64,000 nucleotides of DNA from assembly GCA_041686855.1 (NCBI GenBank), contig JAWLDA010000005.1:203222-267221 (forward strand). Direction: 5' to 3'. The notes under the pieces are model-generated. The model had not been told where the DNA came from, made no database searches, and saw only the letters and a list, made by a program, of their open reading frames with translations. This document shows, piece by piece, positions 1 through 9,688 of this stretch. How positions within the stretch are numbered: the stretch's first letter is position 1; every line of letters starts with the position of its first letter. The position numbers and the translations under genes were made by a program. This stretch comes from Limnochordia bacterium (GTDB taxonomy: Bacteria > Bacillota > Limnochordia > DTU080 > RSA5).

Positions 1-726
1 GAACCCGAGACCGTGTACGCACTCGGAACACGCGGCGTTTACGGCCCGACCCGCGAGGAGCGGGGAGAGCGCTGCCTCACCTGCTCGTACACTGAGAGCT
101 GCGAGTTCTACATGAATCTGTCCGGGAACGAGCGAATGAAGCGCATGTACCTCGAAGCCGAAAGCGAGGACGGGTACCGGCGCGACCAGTGCGTCTTCGG
201 CGACGATATCAACATCGAGGATACTATGGCGGCGATGGTTCGCTTTAACCGCGGTGTCCAAATGACGTACACGCTCCACGCGTACATGCCCTTTGAGGGC
301 TGGCGCATCGCCTTCAACGGGACCAAGGGCCGCCTCGAAGCCGGCAAACCCGAGACCTTCGTCCCTGCGGAGACCCGCAACTTCGCCGAACGCTCCCGTG
401 CCAAGCTCTCCCACGTCGACCCGCTTTGGGCGGCGCATGGGTCGATGGAGCCGCGGGAAGACGAGATTCGCATCTATCCCATGTTTGGCGGCGTCGACGT
501 GATCAAGGTACCGCAGGCGACGGGGGGACACGGCGGGGGCGACGTACGCTTGCGCGACATGCTCTTTAGACCTGGGACGCCCGATCCGCTCGGACATGCG
601 GCCGGGAGTAGGGCCGGCGCCATGTCTATCTTGGTTGGTGTCTCGGCCAATCAGTCGATGGCGTCGGGGCTTCCGGTTTCGATCAACGAGCTCCTGAGCG
701 GTCAAACGGCTGGAAGCGTCGCCTAA
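1..726 (+). CDS. 3' partial CDS of a hypothetical protein, possibly the C-terminal domain of a Gfo/Idh/MocA-like oxidoreductase
   Basis: The frame is open from base 1, so the gene enters from upstream. The GGHGGGD motif and overall composition resemble oxidoreductase C-terminal domains. The product call is weak. Confidence 0.35.
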   Translation, partial: EPETVYALGTRGVYGPTREERGERCLTCSYTESCEFYMNLSGNERMKRMYLEAESEDGYRRDQCVFGDDINIEDTMAAMVRFNRGVQMTYTLHAYMPFEGWRIAFNGTKGRLEAGKPETFVPAETRNFAERSRAKLSHVDPLWAAHGSMEPREDEIRIYPMFGGVDVIKVPQATGGHGGGDVRLRDMLFRPGTPDPLGHAAGSRAGAMSILVGVSANQSMASGLPVSINELLSGQTAGSVA

Positions 727-782
727 TAGATCGCCTTTGCACATCGGGTTACCGTTCAAACGAGAGGGAGGCGTCATTCGTT

Positions 783-1907
783 GTGATTGAACCGTCCATG
801 CTCTACCCTGATACACTCTTCTCCGAACTCGACACGCCGACGGTGTTGGTCGACCTCGACGTCGCCGAGGCGAACATGCGCAAGATGGCGGAGGCGACCG
901 CCGCCCGGGGCGTCGGTTTGCGGCCGCATATTAAGACCCATAAGTCCGTCTACTTCGCTCACCGGCAGCTGGCACACGGAGCCGTCGGCATCGCGGTAGC
1001 CAAGATCGGCGAGGCGGAGGTGATGATCAACGGCGGTGTCACCGACGTCCTCCTTGCGTATCCGCCCATCGGACCGATTAAACTGCGGCGGCTCGCCGCC
1101 CTTATGGACCGGGCCCGAATCATCGTCTCGATCGACAGCGTAGAGGCGGCCGAAGGCCTCTCCGACCTCGGGCGGAAGTTGGACCGAGAGATTGAGGTGT
1201 ACGTCGACGTCGATACGGGACTGCACCGCATGGGGCTGCCGCCTGGTGAGCCCTCAGCCGAGTTGGCCCAAAAGATCGACCGCTTGAGCCACGTGCGGGT
1301 GATCGGTATCATGTCTCACTGTGGTCACGTCGGCCGGGAGAAGACGCCCGAAGCCTTGGCTAAGGCGGCACGAGGCGATGCCGAGCGACTCGTGGAGACG
1401 GCAAACCTGGCCCGTAAAGCGGGGATCGCGATCGAGACGGTCAGCCCCGGCTCTACGCCGGCTTCACTGCACCACATCCAGGTTGAAGGCGTCACGGAGA
1501 TCCGTCCCGGCACATACATCTTTAATGACGCGAACTGCGTCGGTCACGAGATTTCCACTGTTGAGGAGTGTGCCGTGACGGTGCTGTCGACTGTCGTCTC
1601 TCGGCCGTCTCCTGACCGAGCCGTGGCCGACTCCGGGAGTAAGACGCTCACCAACGACGGGAATTCAAAGCGGCGCGGTTTCGGCATCGTCAAGGGTATC
1701 GAGTCGGCCTACGTCTCCAGTCTCAGCGAGGAGCACGGGGTGTTGGAGCTCACCGATCCTTCGGTCACACTCAAAGTGGGCGATCGGATTCGCATCGTTC
1801 CCAACCACGTCTGTCCCGTGGTGAACCTTACGGACGAGTTGGTGGCGGTACGTGGCGACGAACTCGCCGGCACGATCCCCGTCTCAGCCCGCGGCAAGCG
1901 ACAGTAG
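783..1907 (+). CDS. PLP-dependent D-TA-family enzyme (alanine racemase N-terminal domain; D-serine deaminase / D-threonine aldolase-like)
   Basis: The HIKTHK PLP-lysine motif and the TIM-barrel plus C-terminal beta-domain layout fit this family. An RBS GAGGGAGG lies 12-13 nt upstream of the GTG start at 783. Confidence 0.7.
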   Translation: MIEPSMLYPDTLFSELDTPTVLVDLDVAEANMRKMAEATAARGVGLRPHIKTHKSVYFAHRQLAHGAVGIAVAKIGEAEVMINGGVTDVLLAYPPIGPIKLRRLAALMDRARIIVSIDSVEAAEGLSDLGRKLDREIEVYVDVDTGLHRMGLPPGEPSAELAQKIDRLSHVRVIGIMSHCGHVGREKTPEALAKAARGDAERLVETANLARKAGIAIETVSPGSTPASLHHIQVEGVTEIRPGTYIFNDANCVGHEISTVEECAVTVLSTVVSRPSPDRAVADSGSKTLTNDGNSKRRGFGIVKGIESAYVSSLSEEHGVLELTDPSVTLKVGDRIRIVPNHVCPVVNLTDELVAVRGDELAGTIPVSARGKRQ

Positions 1908-1972
1908 TGGAGCGCGAGCCCAATTTGCGCGCATCCTAGCCGCTACGTTCACATAACTGAAGCGCAATAGAG

Positions 1973-2051
1973 GATCCCCCCCGGCTCGTCGGAAGGATGA
2001 GCGAAGAGCCCTGTGCCAACCGCACCTGGCCGACGGGGGGGGGATCTTTTT
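1973..2051 (+). terminator. Long GC-rich interrupted palindrome (GATC-C7...G9-GATC, about 17 bp stem, about 37 nt loop) followed by T5; candidate intrinsic terminator or regulatory hairpin
   Basis: The 5' arm GATCCCCCCCGGCTCGTCGG (1973-1992) pairs with the 3' arm CCGACGGGGGGGGGATC (2030-2046). TTTTT follows at 2047-2051. It lies 65 nt after the upstream gene stop. Confidence 0.45.
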
Positions 2052-3879
2052 GGTTGGCGACAAACTAGGTATCGCCTTATCCGGTGGCGGGTTCCGGGCT
2101 TCCTTCTTTCACATCGGAGTCCTCGCCGCATTGGCCGACCGCGACCTCTTGCGCAACGTCGAGGTGATCTCGACGGTCTCGGGTGGCTCCATCGTCGGAG
2201 CGCTGTACTACATCAAGGTTAAACACCTTTTGGAGCGCAAGGAGGATCGCGAGATCACCGCGGTCGACTATCAAGAGTTGGTCTCAGAGCTCGCCGACGA
2301 GTTCTTGGCGACGGTTCAGCGCAACTTGCGCCTTATGGCTTTCGCTAACCCGCTTAAAAACGCCCGGATGGCGCGCGTCGACTACTCTCGCAGCGATCGC
2401 ATGGGTGAGCTCTTCGATCGACTGCTCTACCGGCCGGCCTTTGGTCACCAGCGGCGTGAGCCCGTGGGCATGGAGGAGCTGTTGATCACCCCAAAGGGGT
2501 GGTCGTCGCAAGAATTCTCACCCGCGCAGGCGAACCCACGCCGCCGCGCGAAGGTGCCACTCCTCGTCATCAACGCGACCTCACTGAATACTGGGCGGAA
2601 TTGGCGGTTTGAAGCCACCCGCATGGGCGAACCTGACCGTCGCGGCGCGTTCGCCGCCGACATCGACATGCGTCTGCGCCTGCAACCACTCCCGTCCTAC
2701 GATGAGCTCGGTCCCCGCCGCACGATGCTTCTAGGGCACGCGGTAGCGGCTTCGGCGGCGGTTCCGGCGATCTTTCATCCCTTATCCATTACTCACCTGT
2801 ATCACGAGACTCGCGTGGAGCTGATCGATGGTGGCATTCACGACAATCAGGGAGTCGTCGCACTACTCGATTACCGGTGCGACTCCTTGGTTGTAAGCGA
2901 CGGCAGCTCTCAGATGCACGGCGAGACGCTCCCCGGTACCTCGATTCCGACCGTGTTGATGCGGACCAATGAGATTCTGATGAGTCGTGTGCGCGAAGAA
3001 CAACTGCTGCGGGCCTACCAGTCGCACGGCAAGCGCCTTTGCTTGGCCCATCTGCAGCAGGGGATCTCGGCAGAGTATATCCCGTATCGCACCAAGAATG
3101 GATACAAGGTGTCGGTGAAACGCCCACAACCGTCGGCGACTGGTGACATGCGAGTACACCCTGCAGTGCGTGAGGCGCTTGTCCACATCAGGACAGACTT
3201 GGACGCGTTCAACGACGCCGAGAGTTTTGCGCTGATGCGAACGGGGTATCTCAACGCGGTTAAAAGTTTGCGCGCCTTTGACCGCCCTCGTCGCTACGGA
3301 CGCCTGAGTGCATTTCCATGGCGCTTCGAAGCGGTCGATCCTTTACTCAGCGAGCCGCCGCCCGCCTTCCTCAAAGTGCTGCGGACGTCTTCGGCTAATG
3401 CATTTAAGGTGTTCGCACTTTACCGTGCTCTCACGACCGTTTCAACCCTTCTCGTCGTCGGAGGTTTTGCGCTATGGGGGTGGATGGAGCGGAATCACCT
3501 GTTGGAGCCGATCGTAGAGCTGGCGTGGACACCGACGCGACTATCGGTCCTCTTAGGCCTCGTTTTCGTTGTCGCGGCGGGGATTATGGCGAGTGTACGG
3601 CGAGCGCTGGGCGGGATCGAATCGATTCAGCGACTGTGGAAGGTCGTGCGCACGCCGATCCGCTTTGTAGGCAGGGTGGCATTGCGGGCTGCTCCTTGGG
3701 TGTTGGCAGCCTTTCCGATCTATTTATACGTGCGGCTCGTCAATCCACTCTACCTCAAGGCCGGGCGCCTCGATCGGTTCGGGCCGGGACAAGGCAAGGG
3801 GAGCGCACGTGTTAAGCGCTCTGAGAGCCGGTCTTGGCACCGTCGGCCGAATTCCTCTGCTGCAGCGCCCCCGCGCTGA
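2050..3879 (+). CDS. Patatin-like phospholipase with a C-terminal multi-pass membrane domain
   Basis: A Gly-rich oxyanion motif SGGGFR, a serine nucleophile motif STVSGGS and a catalytic Asp motif IDGGIHDNQG are present. The C-terminal about 200 aa are hydrophobic. The only in-frame start before the patatin fold is TTG at 2050, which sits inside the T-run of the upstream hairpin. The 3' end overlaps the convergent MFS gene. Confidence 0.7.
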   Translation: MVGDKLGIALSGGGFRASFFHIGVLAALADRDLLRNVEVISTVSGGSIVGALYYIKVKHLLERKEDREITAVDYQELVSELADEFLATVQRNLRLMAFANPLKNARMARVDYSRSDRMGELFDRLLYRPAFGHQRREPVGMEELLITPKGWSSQEFSPAQANPRRRAKVPLLVINATSLNTGRNWRFEATRMGEPDRRGAFAADIDMRLRLQPLPSYDELGPRRTMLLGHAVAASAAVPAIFHPLSITHLYHETRVELIDGGIHDNQGVVALLDYRCDSLVVSDGSSQMHGETLPGTSIPTVLMRTNEILMSRVREEQLLRAYQSHGKRLCLAHLQQGISAEYIPYRTKNGYKVSVKRPQPSATGDMRVHPAVREALVHIRTDLDAFNDAESFALMRTGYLNAVKSLRAFDRPRRYGRLSAFPWRFEAVDPLLSEPPPAFLKVLRTSSANAFKVFALYRALTTVSTLLVVGGFALWGWMERNHLLEPIVELAWTPTRLSVLLGLVFVVAAGIMASVRRALGGIESIQRLWKVVRTPIRFVGRVALRAAPWVLAAFPIYLYVRLVNPLYLKAGRLDRFGPGQGKGSARVKRSESRSWHRRPNSSAAAPPR

Positions 3880-5020
3880 TCCCCAGCGCGACGAGTAGGC
3901 CCGCACCGGCCAAGATTGCCGAGAGAGCAAAGAGCATCCTCATTCCCAACACATCCGACAATAACCCGATCGGGTAGAGCACGACGAGGCCGGGCAGGCC
4001 GGCAGTCGCCACGGACCAGGCGCTTTGCCCCTCGGTCCGCCTATGAGAGGGTAGCCGACCGTGCAACAGTGTGACGGCGCCGACGTGAAAGGCTGCGAAG
4101 GTAAAGGCGTGCAGTGATTGCGAGAGCAACAGAAGCGTCGGCGAAACGGTAGCTGCGCAGATGGCCCATCGTACGACGCCTGCACCAATCCCTGTGATAA
4201 AGAGGGCGCGGGCATCGACTCGTCGGGCGATGCGGGGTGTGACCGCCATCAAGACCACTTCGCTGAGGACCGCTATCGCCCACGCGACGCCGATCATCTG
4301 CTCCGTCATGCCCAATTGATCGGCGTAGACGGCAAAGAAGATCTCGTGGGCAAGCCCCGCGCTGCGTCCCAAAATGCCGGCGATGACCGCGAGCCGTACA
4401 TCGCGAATGCTCCAAAGGAGCTTCATGCCCGCCCACGGCGGTGTGAAGCCGCCGGGCGTCACTCCAGGGCCCACTGCCAAGCCGGGAAAGCGTCCCCGGC
4501 GCGCCATGGCAGCGGCCAAGAGTGCCGTCACCCCGAGGACGGCGACGTGGGCGATGACGCTGGCGCCGATCCCCACGCGATCGGCCGCGGCGCCCACTGT
4601 ATACACCCCTGCGATAAAACCGATGGAGCCCCAGAGGCGGATGGGCCCGTAACTCGCCTTGCCCCCGTCGATCGTGCGTAGGGTCGCATCGTCAAGGAGG
4701 GGAGCGACCGGCGCTTTGCCCAGACTCAAGAGGAGGTAGAGGAGGGCGAGAGCCCACAAGCTCTTGGCTCCGATAAAGAGGGCGGACGGGACGAGGGCGG
4801 CGAGTAACACGAGCGGCAGCGTCCACTCCTGTAGGCGGAGTCGTGACGAGAGTGAGATCAGCGCTACCGGTCCAATGAGCGCGGCAAGCGGGCGCATCGT
4901 ACTGAGCAAGCCGATTTCGGCTCCGTCCAATCCGATCCGTTTTAAGTATAGGGCGAGGTAAGGGGAGAGCACCCCAAGCGAGGCAAAGTAGGCAAAGTAG
5001 AGCGATTTGTATGCAATCAC
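3812..5020 (-). CDS. MFS transporter
   Basis: About 12 predicted TM helices with typical MFS composition. The ORF runs to 5062, but a GTG at 5020 preceded by GAGG avoids overlapping the divergent neighbour. Confidence 0.65.
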   Translation of the reverse strand: MIAYKSLYFAYFASLGVLSPYLALYLKRIGLDGAEIGLLSTMRPLAALIGPVALISLSSRLRLQEWTLPLVLLAALVPSALFIGAKSLWALALLYLLLSLGKAPVAPLLDDATLRTIDGGKASYGPIRLWGSIGFIAGVYTVGAAADRVGIGASVIAHVAVLGVTALLAAAMARRGRFPGLAVGPGVTPGGFTPPWAGMKLLWSIRDVRLAVIAGILGRSAGLAHEIFFAVYADQLGMTEQMIGVAWAIAVLSEVVLMAVTPRIARRVDARALFITGIGAGVVRWAICAATVSPTLLLLSQSLHAFTFAAFHVGAVTLLHGRLPSHRRTEGQSAWSVATAGLPGLVVLYPIGLLSDVLGMRMLFALSAILAGAGLLVALGISAGALQQRNSADGAKTGSQSA

Positions 5021-5116
5021 GTCAAAGCCTCGGGAAGTACCGACATAATGCAAGGGTACCACGAGGTACGCGTAACCTTCAACGAGAAAAGAAAGTCCGG
5101 GAGGAGTGAGTGTTCC

Positions 5117-6079
5117 GTGCCACTTGGTTCGTGTGTCGACAGCGTTTTACAGGTGATTGGAAACACCCCGTGTGTGCGACTCAGCAAGCTTTCTGCAAAC
5201 ATACCGGGCAACGTGTACGTCAAATTGGAGATGCATAACCCCAGCGGTGGGTTGAAAGATCGAATTCTATTACACATTGTCGAGAAGGCAGAGCGCGAGG
5301 GGCGATTGCGCCCTGGGATGACGCTGATCGAGGCGACGACCGGGAGCACGGGGATTGCCACGGCGTTGATCGGTGCGGTGAAAGGGTACCGCGTCATGAT
5401 CGTGATGCCGGAGGGTATGAGCATCGAACGGCGCCGAGCGATTCAGACGTACGGCGCCGAAGTGCACTTGACGGCGGGGGGCGGCAGTGACATTGATGCT
5501 GCGATCAGCCGGGTGCACGAGCTGATTCACGAGAGTCCGGAGAAGTACTTTCACATTAATCAATTTGCGAATCCCGAGAACGTGACGGCCCACTACGAGG
5601 GGACGGGCCCTGAGATATGGAATCAGATGGATGGACAGATCGACGCGTTCGTCATGGCCTACGGCACCGGTGCGACCCTCACGGGTGTGGGCCGCTACCT
5701 TAAGGAGCAAAACCCCGCCGTCTACGTCTTAGGCGTTGAGCCGGCGGAGAGTCCGGTGTTGGCCCGGGGGCAAAAGGGGAGTCACCGCATCGAGGGTGTT
5801 GGCGACGGCATCGTTCCTCCGATCTTAGACACCAAGGTGATGGACGACTTGGCGCTTGTCTCGTCCGAGGACGCCTACGCGACCAGCCGACTCATGGCTC
5901 GCGAGGAAGGTATCTTCTCGGGACCCTCCTCAGGCGCCAACGTTTACGCGGCGCTTGAGCTCTCCAAGCGGAAGCCGGAGTTGGCCCACATCGTTACTGT
6001 CCTCGGTGACACGGGATGGCGATACCTTTCGGTTGACGGAGGCCTGGTCCCCCAAGGGACCTTTACATGCACGCCGTAA
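5117..6079 (+). CDS. Cysteine synthase / cystathionine beta-synthase family PLP enzyme (CysK/CysM-like)
   Basis: The VIGNTPCVRL motif, the NPSGGLKDR PLP-lysine motif and a Gly-rich loop are present. The ORF opens at 5048, but a GTG at 5117 with RBS GGGAGGAG 10 nt upstream gives the usual short N-terminus. Confidence 0.7.
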   Translation: MPLGSCVDSVLQVIGNTPCVRLSKLSANIPGNVYVKLEMHNPSGGLKDRILLHIVEKAEREGRLRPGMTLIEATTGSTGIATALIGAVKGYRVMIVMPEGMSIERRRAIQTYGAEVHLTAGGGSDIDAAISRVHELIHESPEKYFHINQFANPENVTAHYEGTGPEIWNQMDGQIDAFVMAYGTGATLTGVGRYLKEQNPAVYVLGVEPAESPVLARGQKGSHRIEGVGDGIVPPILDTKVMDDLALVSSEDAYATSRLMAREEGIFSGPSSGANVYAALELSKRKPELAHIVTVLGDTGWRYLSVDGGLVPQGTFTCTP

Positions 6080-6096
6080 CGGGACTTTAGGCTCCT

Positions 6097-7173
6097 ATGG
6101 AGTTTTACTATAAGAAAGGGCGTAATACACAGATGAAAGCAGGAGTGAATAAATCCATACACTCGGTCTCCGAACTCGAGGAGGCATTGTCGGTTCCTAG
6201 CCCCGAGCTCGTTGAAGAGGTGAGCTCTTGGGACGACGGATTAATGGTCTTGGGTGCAGGGGGCAAGATGGGACCCACGCTCTGCCGCATGGCGGCAAAT
6301 GCGTTCCGGGAAGCAGGGAAGAGCCACACCGTCACGGCAGTCTCCCGCTTCTCTAACCCCGAGGAGAAGGAGAAGCTCGAGGCGGCCGGAGTAAGGACGA
6401 TCAGCGCAGATCTCATGGACAGGCAGGCGGTCGAAGCGCTGCCCGACTGTAAGAATATCGTCTTTGCTGCGGGCCGGAAGTTCGGCTCCACTGGGGCTGA
6501 GTCGCTCACATGGGCGATGAACGCGTACTTGCCCGGCATTGTAGCGTCTCGCTTCACCAACTCCCGTATGGCGGTCTTTTCGAGCGGAAACGTCTACCCC
6601 TTCTTGCCGCCCGTTACAGGCGGGTGCACCGAGGAGACGCCGCCCAATCCCTTGGGTGAGTACGCACAATCGGTGCTGGGACGCGAGCGCATCTTTGAGT
6701 ACTTCAGTCATACGTACGACGTTCCGATGACGATCGTACGGCTCTGCTACGCTGTTGAGTTGCGCTATGGGGTCCTGGTTGACCTAGCTCAGACAATCCA
6801 CGCGGGTCAGCCCGTCGACCTGACGATGGGTGCCGTCAACGTGATTTGGCAGCGGGATGCGAACGACTACGTACTCCGCTCTCTCTCAATCGCAGACTCG
6901 CCGCCGACCTACTTTAACCTGACAGGGCCCGAAACGGTCTCCGTGCGCGGGGTCTCTCAAAAGCTCGCTCAGGCGCTGGGTAAAGACGTGGAGTTCGTCG
7001 GTGAAGAGGCGACCGCGGCGCTCCTCGTCGACGCGTCACAATGCTTCCGCCAATTCGGCTACCCCAAGACAAGCCTTGCCGAGATGATCGAACGAGTCGC
7101 GGACTGGGTGAAACGCGGTGGAGAGACACACGGCAAACCGACCGGTTTCCAAACGCGTGACGGTAAGTTTTAA
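6097..7173 (+). CDS. NAD(P)-binding Rossmann-fold protein (NAD-dependent epimerase/dehydratase-like)
   Basis: An N-terminal GAGGKMG dinucleotide-binding motif is present. No clear YxxxK motif was seen, so the family assignment is tentative. Confidence 0.5.
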   Translation: MEFYYKKGRNTQMKAGVNKSIHSVSELEEALSVPSPELVEEVSSWDDGLMVLGAGGKMGPTLCRMAANAFREAGKSHTVTAVSRFSNPEEKEKLEAAGVRTISADLMDRQAVEALPDCKNIVFAAGRKFGSTGAESLTWAMNAYLPGIVASRFTNSRMAVFSSGNVYPFLPPVTGGCTEETPPNPLGEYAQSVLGRERIFEYFSHTYDVPMTIVRLCYAVELRYGVLVDLAQTIHAGQPVDLTMGAVNVIWQRDANDYVLRSLSIADSPPTYFNLTGPETVSVRGVSQKLAQALGKDVEFVGEEATAALLVDASQCFRQFGYPKTSLAEMIERVADWVKRGGETHGKPTGFQTRDGKF

Positions 7174-7239
7174 ACGTACGCCATACGAAACATGTGGCGG
7201 TGAGTCGGTAGCGGTAAGTCTTAAGTTGAGGTGATTTAG

Positions 7240-8295
7240 GTGACGATCCAAGAGTTGCGTCATGCGCTCTTTGACAGTGCAGTGATCCCCGCGCATCCGC
7301 TGGCGCTTACGGCTGAGCGGAAGTTGGACGAGCGCCGCCAAAGGGCGCTCTCGCGCTACTATCTGGACGCCGGAGCAGGTGGACTGGCAGTTGGTGTGCA
7401 CACGACGCAGTTCCCCATACACGACAACGGCATGCTTGAACCTGTCTTGTCGATGGCGATCGAAGAGGTGCACCGACACGAGCGCGAGACGGATCGCAGT
7501 CTCATTAAGGTCGCGGGCTTGGTCGGGAAGACGGAGCAGGCGGTACGGGAGGCCAAACTCGCCCGAGAGCTCGGCTACGACGCTGGCCTCCTGAGTGTAG
7601 CTGCCTTTAAGACGGCGCCCAACGAGGAGATTTTGGCCCACTGCCGTCGCGTTGCCGAAGAGCTACCGGTGATCGGTTTTTACCTGCAGACGGCGGTGGG
7701 CGGGCGCTTGCTCGACTACGCGTTTTGGCGCGAGTTCTTTGAGATCGAGCGTGTGGTCGCTGTGAAGGCGGCCCCCTTTGATCGGTATCAAAGCCTCGAC
7801 GTGATGCGGGCGTTGGCCGACTCGGGTCGGGCCGACGAGATCGCTCTGTATACGGGGAACGACGACCACATCATCCTCGACCTCATCGGCCAGGCGCGCT
7901 TCTCGACGCGAGCCGACGCACCGGCGGTCGGCTTTGTGGGCGGTCTCCTCGGCCAGTGGGCCTGCTTTACCAAACCCGCCGTTGAGATGCTGGCTCGCCT
8001 GCGTGAGCTGCGTTTGAGCGGGGACCCGATCCCCCAAGATCTGATCACGTTGGCGCACATGATGACGGATATCAACAGCGTTGTCTTTGACGTACGCAAC
8101 AACTTTAAGGGTGTCATCGCAGGGATTCACGAGGTACTCCGTCGCCAAGGACTCCTTGAGGGCATTTGGTGTCTGGACCCTGAGGAGGATTTGGGACCCG
8201 GACAAAATGAGGAGATCGATCGCATTTGGCGAGATTACCCGGAGTTGAGGGACGACGAGTTTATCCAGGAGAACCTCGATCGCTGGCTCTCGTAA
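7240..8295 (+). CDS. Conserved hypothetical protein, possibly a TIM-barrel aldolase-like fold
   Basis: A 351-aa ORF with good coding character, but no motif I can name with confidence. Confidence 0.4.
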   Translation: MTIQELRHALFDSAVIPAHPLALTAERKLDERRQRALSRYYLDAGAGGLAVGVHTTQFPIHDNGMLEPVLSMAIEEVHRHERETDRSLIKVAGLVGKTEQAVREAKLARELGYDAGLLSVAAFKTAPNEEILAHCRRVAEELPVIGFYLQTAVGGRLLDYAFWREFFEIERVVAVKAAPFDRYQSLDVMRALADSGRADEIALYTGNDDHIILDLIGQARFSTRADAPAVGFVGGLLGQWACFTKPAVEMLARLRELRLSGDPIPQDLITLAHMMTDINSVVFDVRNNFKGVIAGIHEVLRRQGLLEGIWCLDPEEDLGPGQNEEIDRIWRDYPELRDDEFIQENLDRWLS

Positions 8296-8299
8296 ACGC

Positions 8300-9547
8300 G
8301 TGAGGCGCGACCGTATCGCAGGGAGGGAACGAACAGTGGCGCAACTGCTCTTAGGTACGGCGGGGACGGTGATCACGCCGCCCCTCGGACTCTTTTTGGC
8401 GGGGTACGGCTTCCGAGACCGCGGTGCCGACGAGGTGTTGGATGAGATCGAGGCGCGCGTCTTTTGGCTTCAAGTCGACGATGGTACGGGCAAGCTTGAG
8501 GACGCGTGCATCATTACAGCGGACCTGATCGGGTTCGGTAAGGCGTTGACGGCGGCGTTGCGACGCCAACTCTCTGAGCGTTTCGGCTTGGCGGCGGAAC
8601 GGCTCACGTTGGCGGCGAGTCACACTCACTCCGGTCCCCAGACCTGTGAGAATATGACGACAGCGGGCGGGCACCCCGATCCTGATTATATCGCCTCTCT
8701 CCAAGAGCGGCTGATCGAAGCTGTCGGTGAAGCTCGCTCCAAGCTGCGGCCGGTCACTTTGCGCAGCGGCCTGGGTGCGCTCAGTGGGTTTGCGATCAAC
8801 CGCAGAGTGCTCGTCAACGGCAAGGCCGTCGCCGCGCCCAATCCCAAAGGGGTAAGGGACGACCAAGTGACCGCCCTACTCTTTCAAGACGCCGCCAACG
8901 GCGAAGTGGCAGCCGTACTCTACCACTACACGTGCCACCCTACCACCATGGGAAGTTACAGCGTCACAGGCGATTACCCGGGAGCGGCACGTCGCCGCCT
9001 GGAGAAGGAGTTTAGCGGCGCGGCATGCGGCTTCTTGCCGGGCTGCTTCGGAGATGTACGGCCGGCGTGTACACTTGTCGGCGGAAAGCAGTTTCGGCGC
9101 GGTACCCCCCAAGATGTGGCCGCATTCGGCAACGCCCTGGGTGATGAGGTCGCTCGGGTGGTCTACAGCATCGCCGACTCTGAGGCCGCGTTGCATGAGC
9201 CCCACATTTCAGGGGCGCGGACGGATCTACAACTCCCACTGGTCGATGGGAGCAGCGCCGAACTAAGCGTGCAGCGGTTGGACTTCGCCCCTGATCTCGC
9301 ACTCGTCGCCATGGGCGGCGAGATTTGTGTTGATTATGGCCACTGGATCAAGGCGATGCGGCCAGGTAAGACGACCCTCCCTGTCGGCTACTCCAACGGG
9401 TTGGTGGGCTACATCTCTTCCGAGCGCATGTTTCCTGAGGGCGGATACGAACCGGACACATCGATTCGCCCCTTTAATCTACCGGCGCCATTCGAGCCGC
9501 GCATCGAGGGCCTGCTTTTGGAGGCCGTCAAAGGCCTTCTCGCGTAA
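8300..9547 (+). CDS. Neutral/alkaline ceramidase N-terminal-domain-like protein
   Basis: The pattern ITPPLGLFLAGYG ... DLIGF ... ASHTHSGPQ matches the ceramidase N-terminal domain signature. Confidence 0.45.
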   Translation: MRRDRIAGRERTVAQLLLGTAGTVITPPLGLFLAGYGFRDRGADEVLDEIEARVFWLQVDDGTGKLEDACIITADLIGFGKALTAALRRQLSERFGLAAERLTLAASHTHSGPQTCENMTTAGGHPDPDYIASLQERLIEAVGEARSKLRPVTLRSGLGALSGFAINRRVLVNGKAVAAPNPKGVRDDQVTALLFQDAANGEVAAVLYHYTCHPTTMGSYSVTGDYPGAARRRLEKEFSGAACGFLPGCFGDVRPACTLVGGKQFRRGTPQDVAAFGNALGDEVARVVYSIADSEAALHEPHISGARTDLQLPLVDGSSAELSVQRLDFAPDLALVAMGGEICVDYGHWIKAMRPGKTTLPVGYSNGLVGYISSERMFPEGGYEPDTSIRPFNLPAPFEPRIEGLLLEAVKGLLA

Positions 9548-9614
9548 GAGCACGACCAACGCGCCCCCACATCCATTAACGGCACGGCGTCGCTGCCACG
9601 GCCCAAGCACCACG

Positions 9615-9668
9615 CGAAAACGAGCCTCTTGAAACCTTCGCTGAAAGGTTCCAAGAGGCTCGTTTGAT
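9615..9668. terminator. Bidirectional intrinsic terminator between convergent genes
   Basis: A 13-bp perfect stem AACGAGCCTCTTG / CAAGAGGCTCGTT with a nested AACCTT/AAGGTT stem. It is flanked by an A-run upstream and TTTGATG downstream. Confidence 0.55.
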
Positions 9669-9688
9669 GTACGCGTCGTCAGGTACGC

